Of a DNA stretch of 64,000 nt, positions 44,171-54,300 are shown piece after piece. A program made the position numbers and the translations under genes. The first letter of the stretch is position 1; each line of letters begins with the position of its first letter. This DNA comes from an uncultured virus (IMG/VR IMGVR_UViG_3300006417_000262). Its lineage: Duplodnaviria > Heunggongvirae > Uroviricota > Caudoviricetes. Below the pieces are notes generated by a model. The model had not been told where the DNA came from, searched no databases, and was given only the letters and a program-made list of their open reading frames with translations. The DNA is taken from positions 1 to 64,000 of IMG/VR virus record IMGVR_UViG_3300006417_000262; one strand, 5' to 3'.

Positions 44171-47100
44171 TGAGCGTAGAGAGCCGACCGTATGTGGGCA
44201 CCTGGAAGCTCAATAATCGACAGGTTGTGAAGGTCACGCCGGACGCCTTGGTTTATTTCAACGGCGACCTTTCGCTTCCTGGGTGTCCTACATGCTCGGG
44301 GAAAATTGAGATCCAGCAGTACATCACTCAGGTGAGTGTGGATCCCTCCACGGAGGGTCCCGCTACTGCGAGCATCTCGCTTCATGTCCCACGGTCGGCT
44401 GGCGATGGACTCGTTCGGGATGGGAACTTCATCATCCAGCCCGGCTTGGAAGTCCACATCTACATGCGCGGCTACTTCCCGGTGAAGGGGCTCACTGCCG
44501 GGGTCATGCCGGAGCAGACGGGTGGTGTTGACGTGCAGAACGCCGTGATGTACCCCTACTACCTGGTGCATCATGGTGTAATTACAGATGTGGGCTACGA
44601 CTACTCTGGGGGGGAGCACCAGGTATCGATCTCGTGCGCGGACTTGCTCCACTTCTGGCAGTACCAGCGCATGAGCACGAACGGGTCGCTGTTCGGGGCC
44701 CGTCCGATGAACTCGAAGGTCGACATGAGCTTGGTTGGTCACAACATGACGGGCATGAGCCCGTTTGCCATCATCTACCAGCTCTTCCGTGATGTACAGG
44801 GTTCGGCTGGTGGTGTGGAATTCGCTCTCGGCAACAAGACCAATGCCGCCGCGAACTCGACAGTGATCGGTGAGTCCTTGTTCTCCCTCTCCATCTTGTA
44901 CTGGCAGAAGCGGTTTGCGCAGTCCATGACGTCTCTACGTATGTACGGAGTGGATGGATCTTTGTACAACGGCTTGCAGGCTGCCTACCTGGCACGACTG
45001 GGTCAGGATGACCCAGCGAAGATCGCCAAGAAGGTTGGGGCAAAGGGGGCGCAGTCGTCCGAAGTGAACCCGATGCTGGATCAGACGGCACGGGTGCTTG
45101 GGTTCGACCCCTTCTCACTCAACCAGGGGGCGTCGGGCGCCGAAAACAACGAGGACGGGCAGCTCGGGATCAACATCGCGCAGCTGCAGGCGTTCGTGTC
45201 GGACATCTCACAGTGGGGCAACGTCAACTTTTTCGAGTCGGTGTACGCTACCAAGATGGATATCGCCAACAACGTGAAGGAGGCGGCAGGCTACGAGTTC
45301 TACCAGGATGTGGACGGGGATATTGTGTTCAAGCCACCGTTCTACAATCTCGACACGTCCGAGTCGCGGGTGTACCGGCTCGAGGACATCGACATCATCT
45401 CCTTCTCCGCGTCATCGCAGGAGCCACAGGCCACGGTGGTGAAGGTTACGGGCGGCCATTTCCGCAACACCACGGGCACGGGGTTGGAGAACAGTGAGTG
45501 GGGTGTGCGTGCGGAGTTCATCGATTATCGGTTGGTGGCGAAGTTCGGGTGGCGGCAGGAGACGTTCGAGACGACCTATCACACGGACGCACAGGCAATG
45601 TTCTTTGCCTGCGTGGCGCGGTTCGACATCTTCAACATCGGCATGAACAGTGCCACGGCGACTATCCCCGTTCGCGCGGAACTTCGCCCTGGGTACCCGG
45701 TCTACGTTGCTTTCATGGACTGCTACTACTACCTCCATAGCTTCAACCACTCGGTTGCCTTTGGTGGACAGTGCGTCACCACACTCAACCTTGTGGGGAA
45801 GCGGGCGAAGTTCTTCGCTCCGGGAAAGGCTCGCGGGGACGGCACACCCGCACGGATTGAGGACATTCACCTCAACAACATGTATGAGCCGGCACTTCCG
45901 CTGCAAATCACGGAGATTGATGGGGAGACGATCATGCCCCGGCTGCAAGGGTTCCCCAATGTGGTGATGACCTTGGACCCCACCGGGATCAACCCACTAT
46001 CGTTCTCGATCGGAACAGACCCCGCGGATCTGCAGACCGAGGACGCCATCCGCAACTTGATCCAACAAGCGTTGATGGGACGCCTCTCCGTTCTTCAGCA
46101 GGGCGCGGATGATGGCACATCGGATGAAGCCACGCGGGCTACGGATGGTCCCTGGCAGCTTCAAACAGGGGATGAGGCCAACCCGCTCGTGATTGGGAGT
46201 GTGGCCGAGCTTCTTGCTCAAGCGGCGCAACTACAGTCATTCAATGTCCAGGCGGCAGAGTCGGGGGTGACCGAGGCGGAACGTGAGGACGTGATGGCCG
46301 CCACGGCTCCGTTGCAGGCATTGGTGCTTGCGGCCCGAGACGTGATGGCCAAGCTGTTTCCGGAGTCCGAGTCGTCGGCCCGGTATCTCGCGCTCCTAAG
46401 CGATACGAAGGCCACGTACAATCCAGGCGCCAACATCCCTGGGTACTACCGCTACTACTCCTCCTCGCACCCTGACCCGGAGATGCAGGGGCCCGCCAGT
46501 TGGGAAGTGAGTGAGACGGGCGTGGTGTCTGTTGGTACGCAGACGAAAGTGGATGCATCGAAGAGCCAGACCTCGACGCAGTTCAAATCCACTACGTCTG
46601 GCGGCACCACGTTCGTCACGGGGGCCGAGGTGAAGGCGGGCATCCCTATTCTCAAGCCTGGCACCACGGACCAGACGGTCTCGACGCCGACGCACCAGAT
46701 CACCACGTTCCAGATTGCTCGCTATCCGATCAACCAGGAAGGCACGAAGTCCGTGGAGACGGGGCAACTGCCGTCAGGATTCCCTACTACGGCCTTGGCT
46801 ACGGCCTATCGGGAGTACTTCCTGCCGAAGATGCAGAACGTCCCCGTGGGGCCGACATCCACCGTCGGGGATTCGTTCACGTCTACGTTTGATCTCGTGG
46901 CGAATCTCATCCGCGAGAAGGTGGGTGTGAAGCCAGAACTCCCCCATTCATCGGAGACAGTGTCCTCACTGCGTGGATTCGACACACCGAGCAAGCTCAC
47001 GTTTCTGGCACAGGACATGGCCGACGCTTGTGCGACGACGGTGAGCAATGCCCTCGTGTCGGAATACAGGATTGTGCAGCCAGTCACGGGTGTGGTCACG

Positions 47101-48330
47101 TCGTCATTCGGTACCCGCAGCCCCCCCAAGACGAATCAGGGGGAGGGGTCCACCCAACATCGGGGCACGGATTTCGCTGGAGCCATTGGCGATCCGATTT
47201 ACGCGGCGCTCGGAGGCACCGTTGTCTTCGCAGGGCCACGGGGTGGGTACGGGAACCTGCTGATCATCCAGCACGTAGAGGGCACGACCACGCGCTACGC
47301 GCACTGCGACACGATTCTGGTGGCAGTTGGGGATGTTGTGACTGCCGGGCAAGAGGTTGCCACGGTGGGTGCGACGGGCAACGTGTCTGGCCCCCACTTG
47401 CACTTTGAGGTGCGAACAGCCACAGGTGTTGCAGTCAATCCGGAGTTGTTCCTAAGCGGCGCGACCGTGGCTGACATCGACGCGATCTGGTCTAGCGTGT
47501 GGCCACAAGGAGCACAGGTGAAGGCCGGGGTGGGGCGACGCCCACGCCAGAAGGCCCAAACGCAGGTCAAGTACTACGACGTCCCTGTGCTGCCAGTATC
47601 CGATGCGCGCGGCTACGAGGTGGTGGGCACCTATCGCTATGGGCGGGGGCTTACGCTTGAATCGCTTGAGTCCGCGTCGGGATTCGTGTCTAGCTCCACG
47701 GACGACTATGAGTCCATCGAGGCGTTCCTGGACGCGATTGAGGCCGACGTGTCGGAGGCGGCGTTGGGCGTGGCTATTGGGAACCTGAGCCCCTCCCTTC
47801 GGGCTCAGCTTGCGTCTCGCACAATGAGTGAGACGGTCACCAACATCGTCCTCTCTTTGGACAATCCAGGTGGCTCGCAAACGGACATTGGAGGAATGAA
47901 CTTCCCCGTGGACAAGCGGGAGTTCACGCAGAAGTCGACGCTCACAAACGCGGCATACGGTTTGGCCGACATGGTTGCCGCCTCCGGTAGTCGCTCCGTG
48001 TGCGCCTGTAAGGGCGCAGAGGCCGACACGTTGCTGCAAGCATTCGACACGGAACTCTTCGTGGGTCTGGAGGATGTGGGCACGGGCGAGACGGAGATGG
48101 TGCAGGACTGGCTCACCGAACAGATGACATCCTCGTCCATGGATTGGTCTGCGACGCAGGCAGCGTATCGAGGAACAGTGCGCGACATGAACACGACGGG
48201 TCTGGTGAGCGCGGTGCGCGATGCAGTCAACACGATTGCCGGTAATTTCAACCAGACCGGGGAGCAATTGTCCTCCATCGGTGCGACGGCAGGAGCACAG
48301 ATCACTGCTGCATTTGAAGGGGATGACTGA
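44167..48330 (+). CDS. baseplate hub protein with an inserted M23 (LytM) peptidase domain at about 47070-47455
   Basis: Hub-like N-terminus (YEFYQDVDGDIVFKPPFYN; ELRPGYPV); M23 motifs VTSSFG.R, HRGTDF, GGYGN...IQH, YAH, GPHLHFEV. Confidence 0.75.
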   Translation: MMSVESRPYVGTWKLNNRQVVKVTPDALVYFNGDLSLPGCPTCSGKIEIQQYITQVSVDPSTEGPATASISLHVPRSAGDGLVRDGNFIIQPGLEVHIYMRGYFPVKGLTAGVMPEQTGGVDVQNAVMYPYYLVHHGVITDVGYDYSGGEHQVSISCADLLHFWQYQRMSTNGSLFGARPMNSKVDMSLVGHNMTGMSPFAIIYQLFRDVQGSAGGVEFALGNKTNAAANSTVIGESLFSLSILYWQKRFAQSMTSLRMYGVDGSLYNGLQAAYLARLGQDDPAKIAKKVGAKGAQSSEVNPMLDQTARVLGFDPFSLNQGASGAENNEDGQLGINIAQLQAFVSDISQWGNVNFFESVYATKMDIANNVKEAAGYEFYQDVDGDIVFKPPFYNLDTSESRVYRLEDIDIISFSASSQEPQATVVKVTGGHFRNTTGTGLENSEWGVRAEFIDYRLVAKFGWRQETFETTYHTDAQAMFFACVARFDIFNIGMNSATATIPVRAELRPGYPVYVAFMDCYYYLHSFNHSVAFGGQCVTTLNLVGKRAKFFAPGKARGDGTPARIEDIHLNNMYEPALPLQITEIDGETIMPRLQGFPNVVMTLDPTGINPLSFSIGTDPADLQTEDAIRNLIQQALMGRLSVLQQGADDGTSDEATRATDGPWQLQTGDEANPLVIGSVAELLAQAAQLQSFNVQAAESGVTEAEREDVMAATAPLQALVLAARDVMAKLFPESESSARYLALLSDTKATYNPGANIPGYYRYYSSSHPDPEMQGPASWEVSETGVVSVGTQTKVDASKSQTSTQFKSTTSGGTTFVTGAEVKAGIPILKPGTTDQTVSTPTHQITTFQIARYPINQEGTKSVETGQLPSGFPTTALATAYREYFLPKMQNVPVGPTSTVGDSFTSTFDLVANLIREKVGVKPELPHSSETVSSLRGFDTPSKLTFLAQDMADACATTVSNALVSEYRIVQPVTGVVTSSFGTRSPPKTNQGEGSTQHRGTDFAGAIGDPIYAALGGTVVFAGPRGGYGNLLIIQHVEGTTTRYAHCDTILVAVGDVVTAGQEVATVGATGNVSGPHLHFEVRTATGVAVNPELFLSGATVADIDAIWSSVWPQGAQVKAGVGRRPRQKAQTQVKYYDVPVLPVSDARGYEVVGTYRYGRGLTLESLESASGFVSSSTDDYESIEAFLDAIEADVSEAALGVAIGNLSPSLRAQLASRTMSETVTNIVLSLDNPGGSQTDIGGMNFPVDKREFTQKSTLTNAAYGLADMVAASGSRSVCACKGAEADTLLQAFDTELFVGLEDVGTGETEMVQDWLTEQMTSSSMDWSATQAAYRGTVRDMNTTGLVSAVRDAVNTIAGNFNQTGEQLSSIGATAGAQITAAFEGDD

Positions 48331-50717
48331 TGCCGCCCAATGTGCCGAGCACGCCTGTTCCTGAATCAACGATGCGTGCCCCAGGCAGTGGGGTCACGGA
48401 GTCGAAATTTGACCAGGTGGCTTCGGGTACGGGGGCGCAGACGTATGCCCTTGGGGTGGCCACGGTCATACAGGTGGACTGGGAGAAGCACGCGGTCACC
48501 CTTCGGACGGACAATGGGGAGACGGTGGAGAATGCCCCCATCATGCTCACGTATCCGGGCGCGGGGGCACGGCACTTCTTGGGCGCGATGCCGATGCCCG
48601 GAGACGTGGCATTGGTGGGATGGGGGGCAGGCGAGTCGGGGAGGTCCAAGCAGCCCTATGTCGTGGGGTGGTTTGCAGCGCCGATGGCGGGCCACGATTG
48701 GTGGTTGATGCAGCCATTTGCGCAGGACGAGTTCGATCTCACTCCGAAGGAGAAGGAGACGTTCGAGGGGCTCGCGAATCGTACTCGATACAAGCTCCGC
48801 CACATGCTGCCAGGGAACATCGTGGCTAGCTCGGGGCAGGGCTCGGACATGGTGTTGGACGAGAGCGTCACCCTTGCGAACCGTCGCGGCAACGAGATCA
48901 TCCTTCGCGACCAGGACCAGGCCATTGTGTTCCGGTCGCTCCAGCAGTTTCATGCAGGAGCAGGATTTCGGGTCTACTCCGGACTCGTGCAGCGGGATGC
49001 AAACCTCCTCCCGTCGTCCATGTTTTCCGATGGCACGGCCTGGGATGCTGCACAGCAGCTAAACGATGACGGGACTCCGTTGGACGAGGGGTCTTTGGAG
49101 CGTTCGTCCGTGGCATCGGGCTACATGACGCCGAACAAGGTGTTTCAGCGCGACGCCAACGGGAAAATGACGGCGAAATTTGTGGATGCCGAAGGGAACA
49201 CGGTGTTCCCGTTCGGCGGAAACATCGATCCGTACGTGTTCCTTCAGAAGGGGTTGTTCATCGACACGTCCGGCGCGTCGATGGTGCCCGCGAGCGATGC
49301 CGTGTATGGGGGGAAGGCCATCTATCGGGTGTCCGAAGAGGGCACGAATGCTGTCACCGATGTCCAGGTAGAGGCGCTCACCGAGTACCGGGTGGAGGTC
49401 TCTCTCACGTCATCGGGGACGCTGCCGGTCACGGAGCAAACGGATGGGTTCGACGCGGATCGACTCCCCAACACCATGCCCCGACTGCCTTCTGGTTTGA
49501 ATGACTCTGGAGCAGCTCCGTTCATCGAGTTCGTCATGGGCTCCGTGGTCGGCAATGACCCGTTCTCGCTGCCGGGCCGTGCATTGTACGGACTCCCGCT
49601 TCGAGCGTCCATCTTTGACGGGGGCGCCACACCGTCCCCCACCATCTCGTCAGGCGTGGGTCAGGACATTGCAGAGCACGCTGCTTACATGCTACGGTTC
49701 AACCCACCGAAAGTCCTAGCCGACGCTTCGACATTCTGGACAGTGACGAAGGATGGTCGGGCCAAGTTCTCTGTAGCGGGTCCCGGAACGGATTTTAGCG
49801 CAGAGGGGGCCTTTGCGTCGGGACTTCGGTTGTATGCAGGGGGCTCCCCGATGGGGGAGAGCATCCGTGTTGACGCCGAAGGCAAGATATCGCTTCGTAC
49901 AACGGGGAGTGACTCCCTAGGTCGGGGCGTTGAGATCGTGTCCGAAAGCGGGACCGTGGTGCTTCGAGGGGCAGGGCAAGTCTCGGTCCCTGGCTCCACA
50001 GTTACAGAGCCAGGTGTGATGGTGCAGTCGGACACGGATCTGGTGCTCAAGGCTGGCAAGTCGATTGCCATGCACGCTTCGCGGCTCGACCTCACGAACA
50101 TCCAGAACCTATCGCTCTCCACAACGGCTGCGATGGCATTGTCGTCTGGCGACTCGATCAGCCAGTCGTCGAAGACCCGTGACGTGACATCCATGGGCAA
50201 GTCGGTGGAGTCGTACTCCGGCCCCAAAAACGGTTTGCCGACCAACGGGGCGGTTCGCGAGGTCAACATCAACACGACTCCCGCAACGGGGTTCGTTGGG
50301 GGGACGGCGGATAGTTACAGTCTCCTATACGGCAATCGCAACGAGATCCTTTTCGCGGGCAACCACAACACGACCATCGCCGTTGGGAACGCAATCTATT
50401 CCGTGGGCGTGGGGACGTGGACAGCCTCCTCTGGTGCCAACACCCTCGTTGCCAATCCTGGTGGCATCGCCGTGTTTGCGGCAGTGGGCGCGGCGACATT
50501 CACGGCCGCTGCTGGGGCCACCTCCATCTCCGGGTCCACGGGGGTGGCGGTGACAAGTGCAGGACCTGTATTGGTGCGAGGTACGTTCGTGACCCTATCG
50601 GCTCCGGGCATCAAGGTCGGCGGTATCGTGTCAGGTTCCGATCTCGACCCCATCTCGGGCCTACCCCTTGTTCTCCTTGGGATGGGTAGTCCGACCCACC
50701 TCCTCGCCGTAGGGTGA
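48330..50717 (+). CDS. baseplate central spike (gp5/gpV/VgrG-like)
   Basis: OB-fold-like N-terminus (ATVIQVDWE...GAMPMPGDVALVGW); Ser/Thr/Gly-rich beta-repeat C-terminus. Confidence 0.65.
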   Translation: MPPNVPSTPVPESTMRAPGSGVTESKFDQVASGTGAQTYALGVATVIQVDWEKHAVTLRTDNGETVENAPIMLTYPGAGARHFLGAMPMPGDVALVGWGAGESGRSKQPYVVGWFAAPMAGHDWWLMQPFAQDEFDLTPKEKETFEGLANRTRYKLRHMLPGNIVASSGQGSDMVLDESVTLANRRGNEIILRDQDQAIVFRSLQQFHAGAGFRVYSGLVQRDANLLPSSMFSDGTAWDAAQQLNDDGTPLDEGSLERSSVASGYMTPNKVFQRDANGKMTAKFVDAEGNTVFPFGGNIDPYVFLQKGLFIDTSGASMVPASDAVYGGKAIYRVSEEGTNAVTDVQVEALTEYRVEVSLTSSGTLPVTEQTDGFDADRLPNTMPRLPSGLNDSGAAPFIEFVMGSVVGNDPFSLPGRALYGLPLRASIFDGGATPSPTISSGVGQDIAEHAAYMLRFNPPKVLADASTFWTVTKDGRAKFSVAGPGTDFSAEGAFASGLRLYAGGSPMGESIRVDAEGKISLRTTGSDSLGRGVEIVSESGTVVLRGAGQVSVPGSTVTEPGVMVQSDTDLVLKAGKSIAMHASRLDLTNIQNLSLSTTAAMALSSGDSISQSSKTRDVTSMGKSVESYSGPKNGLPTNGAVREVNINTTPATGFVGGTADSYSLLYGNRNEILFAGNHNTTIAVGNAIYSVGVGTWTASSGANTLVANPGGIAVFAAVGAATFTAAAGATSISGSTGVAVTSAGPVLVRGTFVTLSAPGIKVGGIVSGSDLDPISGLPLVLLGMGSPTHLLAVG

Positions 50718-50721
50718 CTTC

Positions 50722-51300
50722 GTGCCCATCACCCCTAGTGCCATCACGCTGTCAATCCTTGCGGCCTCGCCCGACTTGCAAGGAACGGTGTGGCGTAGCG
50801 TGGCTGCGGCGGTGGGGATCGGTGTGGCGGCCTGGGCACAAATCCCATCCAACCTCGCCATGCAAGGCATTACAGCGGGGGCCGCTGGGTCGGGGGTGGT
50901 CACGGGGAAGTTCTCGGTCGTCCCGGTGCCGTTGCCCGTGCCCGCGTCAATGGCCGCTGCGGGGCTTGTGGGCGTGAATGCCGCGTCCGTGGGACGTGGG
51001 GTGGGTATCGGCGTGGCTAACGCCTTCAACGCCTCTGCAACGTATGTAGGGGCGTCCGTGGGGGTCGGCACGGGCACGGACGTGTCGAAGGTCTCCCTCT
51101 CCAATGGGCCGTCCCTTGTGCTCGCCTTGTCCGCTGCCTGTGCCTCGGTTGGCTTGACCGGCGTGAACATCACTCGCCTATGCGCAGGCATGGGGCCTGG
51201 CATCGTGGCTCTTCTTCTCACCGGCACTGGCGTGGGTGTGGTGGCTGGGCCCGTGGGTCCGGCCCCGGGCGCGGGCACAAGCATCTCCAGGATTCTCTGA
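50722..51300 (+). CDS. Gly/Ala/Val-rich structural protein next to the spike
   Basis: 192 aa in the baseplate operon; TGATG overlap with the next gene. Confidence 0.6.
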   Translation: MPITPSAITLSILAASPDLQGTVWRSVAAAVGIGVAAWAQIPSNLAMQGITAGAAGSGVVTGKFSVVPVPLPVPASMAAAGLVGVNAASVGRGVGIGVANAFNASATYVGASVGVGTGTDVSKVSLSNGPSLVLALSAACASVGLTGVNITRLCAGMGPGIVALLLTGTGVGVVAGPVGPAPGAGTSISRIL

Positions 51301-54300
51301 TGGGCTTCGACACATCCGGCTATGTCCTCAAGTCTGCGCGCTCCGCGCCTTCGAATGCCCGAACGACGGCCGGCGCGGATAGCGGCGTGCTTCGCGAACA
51401 CGCCAACCTGCCAGGCTCCTATTCCTTGCCGGGCAATCTCGTGGAGGTGGCGGCAGACCAGTATCGGGCAGCGGTTCTAGACAACCCCACCGCCGCGACG
51501 CAGGAGTACCTGTTTTGGGCGGCGAACTCGTCCAACCTCGCGGTGCTTGAGGACGCTTCCTGGGCGATCTCGCAGGGGGCCGGTGCTATCCCGACTGGGT
51601 CCATTTCGTTCACGATTGGCCCCATCACGTACACGGACGGCACCAATCGCATCATCGTCACGGACAACGACGACCGGAGCATAGCATCGGTGCTCGGGGT
51701 CACTGTCGTGCGCGGGGACGACCCACTCAACCCCATCGTGCTCACCTCGGCGAGCTTCGAGTCGCAGGATGCCGATGCCGGGATCGTGGTTCTTGACTCG
51801 GCGTCCATGACTCTGCTTGGTGGCGGCCTCTCACTAACGAGAGGAGACACCATCACTGCCGTGTCCTACTACTTGGCCGCGCAGAAGTTCTGGTGGACTC
51901 GGAACGACTCTTACCTGCAGCGGTTTGGGTGGGACGGCACCACGCAGCGATGGGCTCCGTTCAAGGGGTCTCCCCCCGCGTCGCTCGGGAAGCTCTTGGG
52001 CGACCAGAGCTATGTTCTTGTCCCGCATCCGTCGCGGTTCTCGATCGGTGACTACCTGCCTGGTGATGCACTCACACCGGACTCCTACTCGATGGTTCGG
52101 GTAGGGACACGTCCTGACTCCAATGGGAGTTCGGCAGTCGTCCTTGTAGTGGCAGACGCGGACGCCGCCTCAACGTACTCATTCCCGCCTGGCGTGGATG
52201 CGGTGGTTGGTGTGGCAAGCGGTGTGCTACAGTGGAACCCCCTCACGATCGATAGCTCGGCGGGGCAGGGCGTGTGGTACGTGCCCGAGACGTTCTCGGA
52301 AGAATCAAATGGGGTGGTTGGGCCGCTCCTTGGCGCGACGGACGACCCGCTCTTCATCGCACCTATTCCTGGCCCTACGGACTACCCGCTCATTCGCCTT
52401 GGCTCCAGGCGATACCTGTCGGCAGTCATGGCGGACTCGGATGCGGCATTGGGCGCGCTCACCGTGAATGAGGGCCAGGTGGGTTGGTCACTCGCAACGG
52501 GAAAGCTCAAGTTCAACGCGGCTGATGTCCTGAAGGCTGACCCGGATGACGTGGGGTTCGAGCTTCTCTACCTTGGTTGCCAGGTCGTTTATGACGGTGT
52601 GTCCCTCACGCGCGCTCCCGTAGGGACTCGTGCCCCGGTTCAGGTTGTGGACTCCACGGGCACGCCAACCACGGTAGACGGTGGAAAGAACCTCTTCATC
52701 CCTAGCTCGACCCCGCTGCCATCACCCGGCACGTCCGGTGTTCTCCTCGTCCCGGATGGTACAGGCATCACGCCGAACACGTCTGCGACGCCTGGCACAC
52801 GCCCTAATGGATCGGGCCTCGTTCGGGAGGTGGCAGTCGATGGGGATCTGATTCTGTTCGGGAAAGCTGGAGCGATTGAGACGTTGGAGGTTGTCGAGTT
52901 CGAGTCGGAACTCCCGGTGTTCCTGTTCAAGCTCCGCAATGGGAAGGGCATGGTGGCCCGGGAGCTGTCGTCTACGGGGGCTGGTTCACGGGTGGAGATC
53001 GGTCGGAAAGACCGGGCGCTGCTTGACGGAGAGCCGCTTTATTTCCTCCAGGCGGTGGTGCAGCCAGCCATTTATGCGACACAAGCTCGACTCGTGTCGC
53101 GCGTCCGCGAACCCTTTGTCCTCGACGGGGCCGAGGTGCTCGCATTCTCCATTGATGGCACGGACTATCTATGGGCGGCCACGGGCCTTGGTGCGGGGAG
53201 CTTTGATGCGGTGACCGTCGCTGCTAGCATCGATGCGGTTATCACGGGCACCGGAACCGCTTCGGCTAGCAACGGCCGCATCTGGATTTCTGCGGCCAAC
53301 CTTAGCACTGGCACAGTTGAGATTGGCTTAGGCTCCATTGTGTCTGGGGCGTTTGCAGACCGCAACCTCTCTGGGTGCGCCGCGCTCGGGTTCCTGCCTG
53401 GCTGGCGGGTGAGCAATCCGGGATCGACGGACAACTGGCTGCCCGATGCGGGGCTCGCGCTTGGCGTCTCGCGCAGCCCTCTGAACCTCAACCGAACACA
53501 GGACGATGCTGATTTCAAGGCTCGCGGGCGGTTCCGGGACACCGTTCTCTCGCGGAGCGTCACGCCCGTCCACATCTTCCCCCTCAACAACCCACCGCTC
53601 ATAGACGTGGCCGGGTACGACGAGGGCATCTTCTTCCAGACCATCGACGGCTTGTTCCGCCGGTCCTTGGAGCCGTTTGTGGATGTCCTCTATGAGTTTG
53701 AGGACGGTCGATTCTCGTGGTTGGAGGTGGGGTCGGTCATGAAGGGCGTGGCCGAAGCTACGGCGAGCCTCGCCCTGGACTCTACGGGCGTGGTCGGAGA
53801 GACCCTCCACCCGAATGTTGGGGCGGGCTACGGCCTGTATGTGGATCCTGGCTCTGGCGTGCTCTCTCCCCTCACCATCGGTGAGGACTACCTGTTGGAC
53901 GAGGCTCCAGGGGTGGTCACGCTCATCGAACGAGTGGGGGATCAAGTAGCCTCTGGGTCTCTCGGGTCGTTCAGTGCAGGCTCTACGACGTTCACCGATG
54001 CGAATGCGACGTTCGTGACGGACGGTGTTGCCGCAGGCTATCGGCTAAAGCTCATTGGCGGCGACCCCTCGGTGCAAGGGTCGTACATCATCGCCTCCGT
54101 GACCAACGAGACGACGGTTGAGATTGTGACCGATGTGCTGTTTGCGGCGGCGGGCTCCGTGGTGTCGTGGGAGGTTTATGAGGGGCAGCCTTCATCGGGA
54201 TACGATCCAGGCCTCCTTGCCGACGTGGTCTACAAGCAGTTCAATCACCTGCCGACTGAGACGTTCATCATCCGTGTCCTGTCACTCCTTGGGCCGACAC

